NCBI RefSeq assembly: GCF_009914755.1 | Contig: NC_060931.1 | Length of the DNA stretch: 64,000 nt | From: the human T2T-CHM13v2.0 reference genome, Homo sapiens | Strand: one strand, 5' to 3' | In this document: positions 1-14,110 of the stretch, one piece after another | Position numbering within the stretch: the first letter of the stretch is position 1 | How the letters are laid out: the number at the start of each line of letters is the position of its first letter | Translations under genes and position numbers: made by a program | The notes under the pieces: model-generated | The model's input: the letters and a program-made list of their open reading frames with translations, nothing else | Databases searched by the model: none | What the model was told of the DNA's origin: nothing

Positions 1-174
1 TGAGGGCAAAGTTCAAACTAACATTGTTTTTAGAGCAATGTACAAGCAAGTATAGTAACACATTCAAACCAGTAATAAGATGTTTTAAATATAGGTCTTT
101 ATTCTAGGAAATAATTCTACATGAGTGAGAAAAACACATTTATATGGCTTTTGGAAAGTCCACCGAACTAGAAT

Positions 175-330
175 AATAGGAACTTGGTTACAGTCCTAGC
201 ACAGTACTAACTGCATGACTTTGGGCAACTCACCACCCTCTTCGGGACCCACTTCCTTAAACATAAAGTGGGGAGAGGCTGGGCTACATATATTCCAAGG
301 AATTTTCCAACTCTAAAAATGTTATAATTT
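175..330 (+). mobile_element. MIR/MIR3 SINE relic
   Basis: MIR core: actaactgcatgactttgggcaactcac...cttccttaaacataaagtgggg, ending ttccaactctaaaa. Confidence 0.6.
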
Positions 331-2009
331 CACTGATTTGTGTATAAGTGATACCTTCAGGACTCTAAAATGGCCTCCTGAGTAGGTTAAAAATGATTCC
401 TCCAGTTTTGGTTACAATCCTAATTTGTGGATTCCACTTTGATCAACCTTGCCAGCTTCTCAAGATTTCAATTTGGGTTGCCACTACGCCATATTTTGAA
501 AATTACAAGAAAGAGTAAAACGGGAATGGGCTGACTTTACATGATCTATGAGTCACAGTGATAAAACCTTATTGTAACAAGCCATTTCTAAACAAAAGTA
601 ACACAAATAAATGAATTTACGTCACAATGTGGAAGGCAAACCTTTTTCAGCATCCTAGTCACCTTTTGAGACCTGATGGAATGACCTGACAGAACAACTG
701 GAATGCTGGTTTTGAAAATGTCTTGTTATAGTCACAGTGTGATCTGAATTGGTTTTTGCAAGCCTTTCTTTGGCTTAATTCAGTTTTCGCAATATAAAAA
801 TTTACCTGGCATAAAGGAAGTTTTTAAAAAAAGGATTTAATGATACTTAATGACAGAGTTTTCAACAGCTAATAAGCCATTCATTCCTAGGTTTTGAGGC
901 AGAACATGGATTACCAGCTAAACTACTACACGATTTATTTCCTGTACAGACGTCATATTTGATCATTACAAGAATTGATAATAAAAGTTATGACTTGGGA
1001 GGTCTTCGTATTTTTTTACAAAGGAAATAGACACAGATTCTAATATATACAAAACACTAACTAGACAAATTCCTGGAGTGCTTTCTGAATTGCCGAGAGG
1101 AACAACGTCATATAAAAATTCCTTCGAAATGCTAAAATTCCATTTCTAGTGGTCTCTCATAATCTTCCTTTGTTCTCAAATAAAGGTGTAAAATATTTTG
1201 TCACACAAGAAAAACTGCTAAGAAGTCTTAAGGTGATGATGAATCTCCTACTTTGGATACTAGATTATTGCTGATATTTTAAGAAGAAAAGAAGTGTTCG
1301 AGATACATTTTGTCTTGAACTAAGTTGGGCTCTAATTCACAATTGTGTTAAAGTTCATGTATCATGTGTAAAAGTTGTACATCATACCCTCAGATTTTTT
1401 TTAAGCAGGATTTTTTCATTGGAGAGAAGATAATTTAACTGGAGACTATCCTAATTCAATGATAACAATACAGCAAAAGTAACCATAAACAGGTAACAAT
1501 TAACAGAGATCTGTGAGGAAACAGCATAAAAACTGTTATCACATACGCAGTTTTATTAACTTTTTGCAAATAAATTAGGCTGTATCTTTGTAAAGCACAC
1601 AGTATGTATTCCTCAATGGTTGTAAAGTAAATATGCAGTGATAAGAGTATATTCTCCTTAACTCTGAAAATAATTTTAGGGATGTTAAGCAAACAACAAT
1701 ATATTTTATGAATGGCCAAAATCTAATGAAAAACTTTTATTTCTGAATCCTATCATTTATACCATGTGGTTTAATAATAATACAATTAAATATATGTCTT
1801 CATTTCATTTCTGAATTTATTTTATACACTTAAGAGGATTATAATAATTAAAATTATAAAAATAAATTACCTTAATGGCCCAGAGGGCACGGAAATGCTA
1901 AAACATTTATGTTAAGTAGGAGTTAACTCATTAAAGAGCACTGACAAAGATATAAAAATTATATTTAATTCTACTATGGTGACTTAGATGAAATGAAAAC
2001 AGTCTAATG

Positions 2010-2160
2010 GGTTGTGCAAGAGTCACAAATCTAGCTCCTGGCTCTATACTTGTGTGAACTTGGGCAAATCATTAAGTAGCTATTTATGCCAGCTGCCTCC
2101 ATCTGTAAAATAAGGACAGTGCTGCTTCCCAACTGCATGAGAATGTCCTAGGCTCAGCTT
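2010..2160 (+). mobile_element. MIR SINE relic
   Basis: tgtgtgaacttgggcaaatcattaa...cctccatctgtaaaataagg. Confidence 0.65.
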
Positions 2161-3028
2161 TGAGAAGTTTCCCTCAGAGTTTAATCTTTAAAAAAAAGCC
2201 AAACCCAATCAAGATATAAAGGTATAGGAAATGTTAAATTTCCTTAAACTTGCAGACTAGACAATGTCTTCCAATGGCATTGCAGAGGTTGAACTATTCC
2301 ACTGTTCATGAAAATAGTCATGTTATTGATTCACTACTAGGCTTGTGTCTACATGAGACAGAACTCTGAGAGTAAACAGGGGATAAGTTCTGGTGAAAAG
2401 AATGCAGTGAGTCATTAGGACCACAAGTGAAATGAAATGCTATACCAAATGCTGTTGAAACTTTGGGACCTAAAATGAGAAACTACTTTTTCCCATGAGA
2501 ACTCAGTAATTATCATTTTAATGCATGTTAGGAAAGATTTTCAAGTTCTTAGATGACATGTTTAAACGTAAGTGTTTTCAATGAAATACGCCATTTTATA
2601 AAATACAGTCACTATTAATTAATGCCAAAACTAAGAGAATTTTTATGGAATTACATACAGACATATGACTACCAAAGCAGTTCATCATGATTGATGTTAT
2701 TATTCTGAATACCACAGGAGTTAGTAATGATTCGGTGCCTTCCCATGAAGTTCAAGCCAATGTTTTTTTTGTCTAATTGGCTCATCATTGTTCACTAAAT
2801 TGGTATTTTCTCTGCTATTCCTATTTCCAATCCTCTGGTATTCCTCTAGAGTCTACACAATCTTCAGGTAACTGCTTCAACTGAAGCCTGACATTATACG
2901 ACAGATCCTGAAATTAGGCCAAAGAAACAATTCTGAAATAATAATGCTTTTTAAACATGAAGCAAGCCTAATTTATTTACTTTCTCTATATTTTCATATT
3001 TAACCAAAGAAACAACCTACTTTATGGT

Positions 3029-3164
3029 GATTAAATCTACTTCTGAACATCAAATTGTGACCTTATTAAGTTATTAAATTATATGCTTCACCTGTGAATA
3101 CTGAAGCATATGATTTAATAACTTAATAAATGTCACAACCTGATGTTCAGAAGTGGATTTAATC
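3029..3164. repeat. Long imperfect inverted repeat (62/63-bp arms, 11-nt loop)
   Basis: The left arm 3029-3090 matches the reverse complement of 3102-3164 with ~5 substitutions and one 1-nt indel. Confidence 0.95.
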
Positions 3165-3431
3165 TCAAATAGAATTCAATTACTGATGATCCCCTAAAAT
3201 CAGAGATCAGCAACAAGAGTAGATGAAAAATCATTTACAGTCTACCCATCTGTAAGACCAGAGATCCCATAATTAGTGATTGAGCCCATACTCATGAGGG
3301 CTCGCATTTATGTGTACCTTACTGATTTTCCTTTGTGATCTAACATTTGAAAAATTATAAATACCGAATGAGGCAAATTTCTCAGAATCTACACATTATT
3401 TTGAGAAATACTTTTATTTCTCAATTTTTAG

Positions 3432-3680
<249 letters not shown>

Positions 3681-3879
3681 TAAAACTGGTGCCTCAAGTT
3701 TCCTGCCTGACATCATGGCAGAAGTATTGAAGAAAGCCGTTTCTACCTCAGATTTGTGGTTCATTCCTACTCCCTGCTTTCAATGAGGTAGGAGGACCCC
3801 TTTGTTGCTGCTAGTATTGGTCATAACTCCTGTGCTGAGTCAGCTCATGGAATGATATAAACAGTTCACCTGGGAATGG

Positions 3880-4010
3880 AAACCTTGTGTTCCACCTCTG
3901 CTTCATTGTGAGATCATAGACAAGTCCCTAACCTCTGATTTCTGTTTTCTAACATATACAATGAGGGTCTCAGACTAGATAATGTCATAGGATGGGAACA
4001 GCCCTAACAT
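3880..4010 (+). mobile_element. MIR3-like relic
   Basis: gacaagtccctaacctctg...tgttttctaacatatacaatgaggg...gactagataat. Confidence 0.5.
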
Positions 4011-7000
4011 TCATCACTGACAATCTCTCCAGGCTCTGCTTGGTGATCCTGTCACTTCTTCCACACAGGAAGAGATGAAGTCTCAATAAACACAGTAACA
4101 CTGTTACTTCCACTCAATTATCCTAATGGTTGCTTCTATCCCTCACTTAAATATTTTAAATGGTGCCAGCATCTTCCTCAGTAACATTCAGGAAGCATCT
4201 CAGTAAAATCAGAAGATGATTATTCCCTGCACTGCATTGTCTTTGGTGCAATCATTTAGATGAACATCAGCTCATTTTCCTGTACTCATTAGTATTGATC
4301 ATTTTCAGAACTCCTGTCATTTTTATGCCCCCAAAGCAAAATGGTCTCTTTTCAGAGGAGAAAGTTCCAGGTCTACATAAATGAACGCAAAACCTGTTGA
4401 AGTTAAAACATGGTAAGAAACCATTCTTTTCCCCCATTCTTTCTGTAAACAGTTTTAATGATTAGTTCAATTGAGTAAGTTGGAACAAACATAATTTCAC
4501 ACAGGACCATCTCAGTCACCCATCCCTCTGTGCTGGTAATCAGACTTTCACTAGACAAAGCCACTCCAAAGCACAGTATGTGCTTATAAAGGTTAGTCAG
4601 GACTCTATTTGGATAACAGCAGCTTAATTCAATCTTTAAAAAATAAAACAACAGTTTTTGGAAGCCTGTATTTTAGAGTTTCTTTTCTCATCTTGGATTG
4701 CCTTTCTCCTCTATAACTGGTTCTCATTTCCCAAAGTCTCTTCTTGTTTGTGCTCCCTAAAAGTCACCATAGCTTGTGGTAAAGAAGGGTTGACAGTCAG
4801 CAAGATGGATCTTTCTGGAAATGGAAGCCGTCTGGAGCCCACCAATTTTAACTACTTCAGTTTGAGCTGAGGAGGAGTTTATTGCCGCTCTAGTCCCCTT
4901 CCCTGTGGCAGTAAATTACCAACAATTAACAGAGTCCATTTCCTTTCACCCTCTTGGCCCTACCACTCTTCTCTGCTCTCAGCAAAAACATAAAAACGAT
5001 CCCCCAAAGGACAAAACCTGCCACCAAGGCAGCAGCACTGTGGTAATTTCCCAAGGCATTATGATTGATAATGATCAGCAGAGCGTGGGATAATAGCTCC
5101 CCTTAATTTACTGGTCCCTTTGAAGGGTTAAAATATGGCAGATGTTGATAGCCGACACTCCTTGCTAACAGGAAAGACACATTGCTGTGGGGCCCACTTC
5201 TAGGCTTTCCTTTCCCCGCAGCTGTCTGTGTAGGGCTAATTGTATCCACTTGTTTAACCTCGGGGAACGTCTGGAGGGGACCCAGTGCCACAAGGGTACC
5301 TTTTTTTTTTAACGGTCATTTCCTCTCTGGTGTAACTTGCATGACAGTATGTGACAAGCAGAAATTAATGGGGACACTGCTGTGCCAATTCCTCCTGAAT
5401 TGCTGACACTGGCTACAGGCTGCCTGTTTGCCACCCAGCCAAGACCTCACATGAAACATGGCGAGGGGCCCACAGCTCTATTCACCAACAAGCCAGCTGG
5501 TCAGTGATGAGAGGAGCTGAAACAATGTGGTGCGCACAAACCAGGAAGAAAATGCTTTACAAACCGCTTCAAACCAAGGAGGTGGCATTTGCTGGGAGTT
5601 AATATGCTAGTTTATTTTCCTGAGTGGCAAATTGCTGCAGGACTCCAATCTCCAAAGTGCATTAGATATAAAAAGTATTCCTCTTCCAAAGCCTCCTAAG
5701 GTATAAGTTGGGGTGCGGATACCATTCAGGCAAAAGGGAACCACATGAGATTTATCTCCAAGGAGTCTTTTCCAACAGTCAGCTTCCAGGAAGGTCTGGG
5801 AGCCAACAGGGTATCTCTTGCCTCTAGCTAACTACCACAGAGCTGCCCGGTTTAAAAATTCTATGCATGGGTATCTCTTTCACTCTTTCTTGCACATACA
5901 AGTGCACATACAAACACACACACAAAAGAACCTCATGTTCAAGCCCATTAATTGCCCACAACGTTTTGCAAGGTTGGAGAATCTGCCCCAACCTTGGCAA
6001 AGTCCACTTTCTCCCTTTAATATAATAAGGGATCAAACTCAGCTGGCGGTCACTTAAAAAGGTGGCTCTGTTATAGATTAGGCCCTGCTGATTTAGGCAC
6101 AGATGAGTGAATAGAGGCATGTAAAATTGTAAAAAAAAAAAAAAAAAAAGACCCAGCAAAAAACTCACCTAACTATGATCTTGTGTACAACTCAAAAGTC
6201 AAGTTTAAGGAGAAAAGGGGGAAAGGTGTAATGGGAAAATTACATTGGTAAGATTTTTACAACAAATTTGGGAAGCCCTAAGGCCATTTCAAAAAGGCAC
6301 AACAAACAGGCTCCTCAATTTTGTGGCTGGGCATGGCATGTAGTGAAATTTTGCTGCTCTGAAGTAGTGGAGAAGCTCATAAAAACAAGAATCTATTTAA
6401 TTCACTTTTTCTTCTATTCAAAGTTTTAACCAGTTGATGTGAATCGGCTTTACCCAGTTTCTGGGAAAATAAGGAACCCTCACAGAAGCCAGGGAATTCA
6501 GTCAATGAACAATGTAGGTTTAGATCTAGGTTAGACAGGGCTCTCATTTGTTGGAGAATAAAAGAGAAGAGACTGCAATAACTTAAAGAGTTGTATCAGG
6601 TTCACTGTTGGTATTAATAGAAGGAAGATGTATGCTTCTACTTCCAGGGGAACTCTTCCAATGCAACATTAGAGTGGTGGGCTCAGGATTGTCATTCTTT
6701 GGCCATCCTGTTAAAGGGACAGGCAATCTATCTTTCCAATAACAAATGGGATTAACAAAATTCTCCATTTCAATTGGGCAAGAAGCGCAAGACCAGAGGG
6801 GGAAGAAACGGAGTATGCATACCCACCTCCACTGGATAAGGGATCTGGGAATAACTTTGGTGGGGCTTTTCTTTTCTAAATATAATTTGTGAGAGAGCTA
6901 CTGAATTTAGGAAAGGTTTAAAATGTTTCTAACCCAGAACTGAAACACAGGCCTGGAAAAAAACACAAAGGAAGAAGTCATGGAATTGGAAATGCTAATC

Positions 7001-7121
7001 TCTTAAACAAATACATTTCCAAAATATACTATATAATGCAACCCGAGCCTTTTAAAAAAGTTCACTGCCAATATAGTCTTTAAGGATCTGTGCTTTCTGA
7101 TAACAAAGTACTGTAATATTG

Positions 7122-8982
7122 ATTTTTAACTTTTATTTTAGGTTTGGGGGTACATGTGAAGATTTTTTATATAGGTAAACTTGTGTCACAGGAGTCTGTT
7201 GTACAGATTATTTCATCACCAAGGTATTAAGCCCAGTACTGAACAGTTATCTTTTCTGCTCCTCTCCCTTCTCCTACCTTCCACCCTCAAGTAGACTCCA
7301 GTGTCTGTTGTTCCCTTCTTTGTGTTCATAAGTTCTCATCATTTAGCTCCCACTTACAAGTGAGGACATGCAGTATTTGGTTTTCTGTTCCTTCATCAGT
7401 TTGCTAAGGATAATGGCCTCCAGTTCTATCCATGTTCCTGCAAAATACATGATCTTGTTCATTTTTATGGCTGCATAGTATTCCATGGTGTATATGTACC
7501 ACATTTTCTTTATCCAGTCTGTCACTGATGGGCATTTACGTTGATTCCATGTCTTTGTTATTATGAATAGTGCTGCAATGAACATTCACATGCATGTGTC
7601 TTTATGGTAGAATGATTCATTATTCCTCTGGGTATACACCCAGTAAAGGGATTGCTGGGTCGAATGGTAGTTCTGCTTTTAGCTCTTTGAGGAACCGCCA
7701 CACTGATTTCCACAATGGTTGAACTAATTTACACTCCCACCAACAGTGTATAGTGTTCCCTTTTCTCTACAACCTTGCCAGCATCTGCTATTTTGTGACT
7801 TTTTAATAATAGCCATTCTGACTGGTGTGAGATGGTAACTCATTGTGGGTTTGGTCTGCATTTCTCTAATGATCAGTGATATTAAGCTTTTTTTAAATAT
7901 GCTTGTTGACCACATGTATATCATCTTTTGAGAAGTGTCTGTTCATATCCTTTGCCCACTTTTTAATTTTTTTATCTTGTAAATTTGTTTAATTTCCTTA
8001 CAGATGCTGGATATTATACCTTTGTCAGATGCACAGTTTGCAAATATTTTCTCCCAATCTGTAGGGTGTTGTCTGTTTACTCTGTGATAGTTTCTTTTGC
8101 TGTGCAGAGCTCATAAACTTAATTAGAGCTCACTTGTCAATTTTTGCTTTTGGTGTCTTTGACATGAAATCTTTGCCCATTCCTATGTCAAGGATGGTAT
8201 TGCCTAGGCTGTCTTCCAGGGTTTTTATAGTTTTGGGTTTTACATGTAAGTCTTTAATCCCTCTTGAGTTGATTTTTGTATATGATGTAAAGAAGGGGTA
8301 TAGTTTCAATCTTCTGCATATGGCTAGCCAGTTATTCCAGCACCCTTTACTGAATAGAGAATCTTTTCCCCATTGCTTGTTTTTGTCAGGTTTGTGGAAG
8401 GGCAGATGGTCATATGTGTGTGGCCTCATTTCTGGGCTCTCTATTCTGTTCCATTGGTCTATGTGTCTGTTTTTGTACCAGTACCATGCTGCTTTGGTTA
8501 CTGCAGCCCTGTAGTATCATTTGAAGTTCGGTAGCATGATGCCTCCAGCTTTGTTCTTTTTGCTTAGGATTGCCTTGGCTATTCAGGCTCTGTTTTGATT
8601 CCATATGAATTTGAAAATAGTTTTTCTCCTAGTTCTGTGAAGAATGTCTTTGGTAGTTTAATAGGAACAGCATTGATTCTGTAAATTGTCTTGGGCAGTA
8701 TGTCCATTTTAATGATATCAATTCTTCCTATCCATGAGCATGGGATGTTTTTCCATTTGTTTGTGTCATCTCTGATTTCTTTGAGCAGTGTTTTGTAATT
8801 TTCATTGCAGAGATTTTTCACCTCCCTGGTTAGCTGTATTCCTAGGTATTTTGTTCTTTTTGTGGCAATTGTGAATGGGATCTGGCCTTCCTGATTTGGC
8901 TCTTGGCTTGTCTGTTGGTGGTGTATAGGAATGCTAACGATTTTGGTACACTGATTTTATACCCCAAAACTTTGCTGAAGCT
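7122..8982 (-). mobile_element. 5'-truncated LINE-1 (older L1PA, L1PA13-16-like): 3' UTR plus decayed ORF2 C-terminus
   Basis: ORF2 fragments [65 protein letters not shown] on the minus strand at 7132-7137. Confidence 0.95.
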
Positions 8983-10533
8983 GTGGTTAAAAAGCTGCAT
9001 GGCTTGTCAAAGGCTAGCCAACTATCCATGTTCTATTTGTGAGTTAGGGAACTACAAATTGTATTTTAAAAGGCAATCCAGCAAGCAGCTGAATATAACA
9101 CACACCCAGGCTTCTTAGCCCTTCTTCATGCTTCCTTAGGTCTCTTATCAGAACAAGAAGAATAGAGATCTCTGTTATGGCTTTCCTGTGGCAAGTAAAA
9201 GACAAGGCGATGATTTTCCAGTCCATTTCCCCTGGCAACATGCTCATCAATCACCAAAGGCTAGGACTTTGTTATTTTGGCTGGAGGCAAAAAAGCTTAG
9301 TGGTTTCTGTCTTAGTGAAATAGGACTCTCCTTTAACCTGTGTTTCAGATTAGCATCAGGGCTTGCTGCCTCCACCTTAAGTGTATCTGCTTTGATGGCA
9401 TATAGGCTCACAGGACGAGTCTGGAACACACCAATTTTAGCTACTATAGAAATGATTTGGTCTGGGATAAAAGTTATTTTTTTTAAAAAATGTGTGTGGT
9501 GGGGCCAGTTTTCTAAATCCAACAGGGGCATTACCAAAACTATGGGTATTTATCTTTCTGCAAGTGATGTGTCCTCAGCAGTTTTCATTTACTGTTATCC
9601 ATACTGGTCTATTTTCACCTTCATACTTTCAAAAGGCCACAGTAGGATGGAACAACAGACTTTAAGGCAAAAAAAAAAAAAAAAAAAGAAAAAAGAAAGC
9701 TTAAAAAAAAACCATACACACAAATTCCCTTTGTTTGGCATCACTTTCCCCTTTTATCCCATTTAATTTGAAAGAAATGTATATTGTCCTTGAGTGGACA
9801 GTGGAGTTATATACAAACATGTTGCTGTATGGCCATGCACATACAATGAAGATTGCTGTTAGCACTTCAAGTCTCAAATTAAATATTTTGCTTCAAGAAA
9901 AACTGAAAATGGAAAGACATCTAACACTGCTTCATTAAACCAATTCAGCATTCATAATATCTTATCTATTCACGGACAATCTCCCTGTACCTGCTAATCC
10001 AGGATTTTAAAAGTATTGAAAGCCTAGAGATTGTTACAGAAATCCCTGTATCAGTAACTGTCATTGTAGTAAAAATAGGCTTGCAACTTTACTGTATTCT
10101 GTACACAGACATTAATTTAAAAATTTACTCTCATCAGCAATTGCTTCCATTTACAATCAAGTGAAATTTCTCCATAGCCCAATTATACTATTTAATGGTA
10201 AAATGTTTGTAAGACTAAAGGAGATAACAATGGTGTCAATAAATCTCATTAGAAAACTTATCATATCATTTTTCCTAGTCCTTCAATGTTTGCTATTTTA
10301 TCAATATCATCATCATCAGTAAACATGTACTGAATGTTTTTAATGTATACACACTGATTATTTTACAAAACCTGTCCCTTTGTGTTGCCTAAGAGCAAAG
10401 GAAGTGACACTATGTTGTTAATTCTTATGTTGGGCTATAAAGATTCAGATGTGAGAACTTCAACTTTTCTGTAATAGAGGGCATTCCCCAATAAGATGTA
10501 TGCTAAAACAGCCTTTTGTTGGATTATAAAAAT

Positions 10534-10612
10534 ATTGGGTTGAATTATATGAAACTGTCATTTTTGTAGGGCAAAACCAGTCAATTATTGGGAATGTCAA
10601 AGGGTTTTAATG
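10534..10612. mobile_element. MADE2 (Hsmar2-derived MITE), degraded
   Basis: ttgggttgaattatatgaaactgtcatttttgtagggcaaaaccagtcaattattgggaatgtc resembles the ~80-bp MADE2 consensus as I recall it. Confidence 0.7.
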
Positions 10613-10639
10613 TTGTATGGCACTAACCCATTGTAAACA

Positions 10640-11240
10640 ATAAATTATAAGGAACCCATAATACCCTGACAGAGATATATACTGTTAATAATTTCATGCT
10701 AGTTTTTTAATATATGTATTTGAAATATATTCCCAAAATGGGATCATATTGTATATATGTATTTCTTTAGGCAATTATTCTTCAACAATATGAGATTTTT
10801 TGAAAAATCATCCTATGAGATGTATTCATTTTGCTAGATAAATTTTCATAATGTATTTAATCATCCCCTATGGTACATTTTTTTATTGTTCATTTCTCTA
10901 ATTATTTGGGAGGTTGAGCATTTCCCATGTCTACCAGCGTTCTGTATATATGTACATCTTTGCAAATTTGTTCATGTTCTTATCCATATCTAAACTGGGT
11001 AATCTCCTTTTTCTTAGTGGTTTGTAAGAGCTTTTTATATATTAAGGATATTAAACCTTTGCCATAGTTTTTGCAAATATTTTATCATTTGCTTTTTAGT
11101 TTTATTTATAATATTTTCAGTCTAAAATTTTTATAGTCTAATGCATGAATCATTTCCTTTGCGATATTTTCTACTGTTTCGCACTTAGAAAACTCTACTA
11201 CCAGATCTGAAAAATATTTGTTTACATATTATTATATCAT
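10640..11240 (-). mobile_element. Ancient L1M (L1ME-like) fragment
   Basis: catttctctaattatt..gaggttgagcattt..tttgtaagagctttttatatattaaggatattaaacctttg, typical of antisense L1M 3' ORF2/UTR. Confidence 0.65.
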
Positions 11241-12535
11241 TTAAAAAATTAATAATAGCTCTCTCCTACACACATATCTTTTGAAACTATAAAGTATTTA
11301 GACTGTGTACAAAATATAAAACAGGCCACTCGTTTGGTATCCAAAGCTGAAAGTGTTGTCTTCAGCCTCCTAACCAGCACTAAATGTTACTAAATCAGGC
11401 CTGTTTCTAGCAAAATTTACAAGCAAACTCAGCTGTCTTCTTTTCTAAGGAAAATTTCCTGCTGTACAAAGGGTTACCTCTGAACAGTATCTCCATTATT
11501 TCACTCATGACTCCATTCCTAATTTTCTGTTTTCTGGCAGCTGCTCTCCAACTTACAAATAATGTGTGCCTTTGTTTAGAGTTCCTTAAAAAAACTGTAT
11601 ATTCTAAATGTGGAAGAAAGCTCAATTTATTTTACTTTGAAACCTGAGAAATCAATAACATGAACCATATGTTAATTATAGAACTTGGTGATAAATAAAG
11701 TAAGAAGTCCAGTGAAACTGTGGAGAAAGTGATGGTGGAGTTGAAACAAAAAAGAAGTCCTTTCTCTTCATGTGTGATGCTCTCATAAATCTCCCCACTT
11801 GGGAGGATACCAAAATGCAACTCTTTTTCTTAATTCACTCTAATGTAATTTGTGTTTTACTTCCTTCCAAGTTCCCAAGTGTTTTTATTAGGATTTTGCA
11901 GCAAAGATAAGATGCATATCATGGGCTGTTAGTATAGTGGCAACATTAAGAAAAGATGATGTCAAAGACAAAACTTAACTGATATTTATGTCCTTCTGTG
12001 GTGTTTATTTCAATTTACATAGTTTTGTACTAAAGATATAAGTCAACTCATCTTTAGTTTCTGGTTGAAATATTAAAGGACTTGAGGTTTACAAGATCAA
12101 TTGCTATGATCAGAGTAATAATCATAATGGGGGGGACGAGAATTAGCAATGTAATGTTTCAGGCACTTACACTCAGCATAATCACATGCTTTTTAAAAAA
12201 GCACTTTCTTTTTGGTTTATTTATGGTAAATAAATCTCTCCTTCTTTTTTGTGACTCATTCAACCAATTCTCTTCCTGTGATCACCAACCTATTTCTTCC
12301 CTATTCTTGAACCCCATCCTCCCGACCCGGAATATATTTTGGTAGAGGAAGGAAGCAGAGGGAAGCAGGGCCCTCACTCATAGCTTTTATACCATCTTAG
12401 TCTCAACAAACATTTCAAGTCTTCAGCTATGAGTAATGGTGAATTTCTCAGTTCCAGACTTAAATATTAACATATGATATATTAGTGAAATTAAAATTTT
12501 AACAAGTGTTTATTCCATACTAACCGTATTCATAG

Positions 12536-12841
<306 letters not shown>

Positions 12842-13799
12842 TAGAACATCTTAAATTGAGGATAGCTATTTCCAGATTGATCTAAATCTGATTGCTTAAT
12901 AGTAAACTTATCTTTTAATGTTGCAGTTCCTAAACATTATTTTATGCCTTGCAGTCCCCAATCTTTGCTACATTTGGTTTAACATTCTAATCTAAAAGTG
13001 GTATGACTATACTACAGTAGAATGATAAATATTTTCTTTGGTTTTGGCCAAGAAATAAAAAATTAACAAGTATGGCCAGTGACAACAGTGAACACTGGTA
13101 ATATAAAAATCAGCAAAACTGCTAGCTTAAATTTGCTAAAGGCCTAGAATGACAATTAGAAGAAAATTAGATTCTGAGTACTCATGGCTTTCAATATATG
13201 AGCCTCAGAGTACTAGGTTTAGCCACATTGGTGTCAGCACTAAAAACCTATGACTATGATATATTTAAATTTAATATAGTTTTGGTTCCTTACCAATAAA
13301 ACAGGAGTAGGAATTCTGACCCATTACACTTGCAAGTCTGGTAATGGTTTACTAATTTAAGACCCTAGAGAACTGTTAAATCATTAGTGTATATGAAACA
13401 AATAGCAACTTTCAAAGGTCAAATCATGAATGAGTGATGAACACTTTTTTAAAGGAAAGATTTTTGTGTGGCTTAAAAATTTTTAGTTGGAATTCTCCTA
13501 TTCCTAAGCATCTCTTTAATTTATATCTCCTATTAATGAGTAAGTATTTTTCAATAGAACATTTTAAGGAATAAAACTTCAGTGCCTTTAAACAAATTTC
13601 CTACATATCAATGACGTTAGTAAAGCACCACACCTGACTTCACCTGGGCTTAGATTGCCTAAACCTACTGATTGGCTGGGGTTACCAATGCACAGGCAAG
13701 CAAATATTCCAGATGTCTGAGTCATCTCAGAATGTAAGGGAGATGTTTTCCATTTCCCACTTGTGTCATATGACATACTGCGGGGGTTGGGAGTATGTC

Positions 13800-13950
13800 T
13801 TAAGCTGCAGTGTCTGGTGTCACCAGAGGGTACTTATTAGAAACTCCCTCCTGAGACTATGTTTGACAATGAGGAATCAGTTAGGGCAGGATTGTCATTT
13901 TAAGTGAGCACCCCAGGTGGTTGATTCACTGACCACACTTGGAGAAACAA
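13800..13950. mobile_element. MER5-like hAT-Charlie relic
   Basis: cattttaagtgagcaccccaggtggttgattc...accacacttggagaaac. Confidence 0.4.
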
Positions 13951-14110
13951 AGCATAGTGTTTACAAAGCCTTTATCAACCCTTTATTAGATAGTTACTCA
14001 TTTTTGCAAAATCTGTTGGGTTTAAAAAAAAAACCTGTTGGGTTTAGTCCATTTTCCAGGCATCCTAATTAATCTAACCATTACATGGTAGTAGCCAAGG
14101 TTTATTTGTC

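Noticed and set aside
3031-3162. TTAA at both ends of the hairpin, suggesting a piggyBac MITE
   Set aside because: TTAA is self-complementary and simply part of the arms, and the internal ends lack the CCC/CCT start of MER75/MER85.
3401-3424. 10-bp hairpin ttgagaaata-cttt-tatttctcaa
   Set aside because: Short and AT-rich; expected by chance in 64 kb.
7343-8821. Series of minus-strand ORFs
   Set aside because: Frameshifted L1 ORF2 remnants.
9188-9766. 192-aa ORF, the longest non-L1 ORF in the track
   Set aside because: Non-ATG start, no recognisable domain, a poly-K stretch that is just an A-run, and no splice or promoter support. Consistent with chance.
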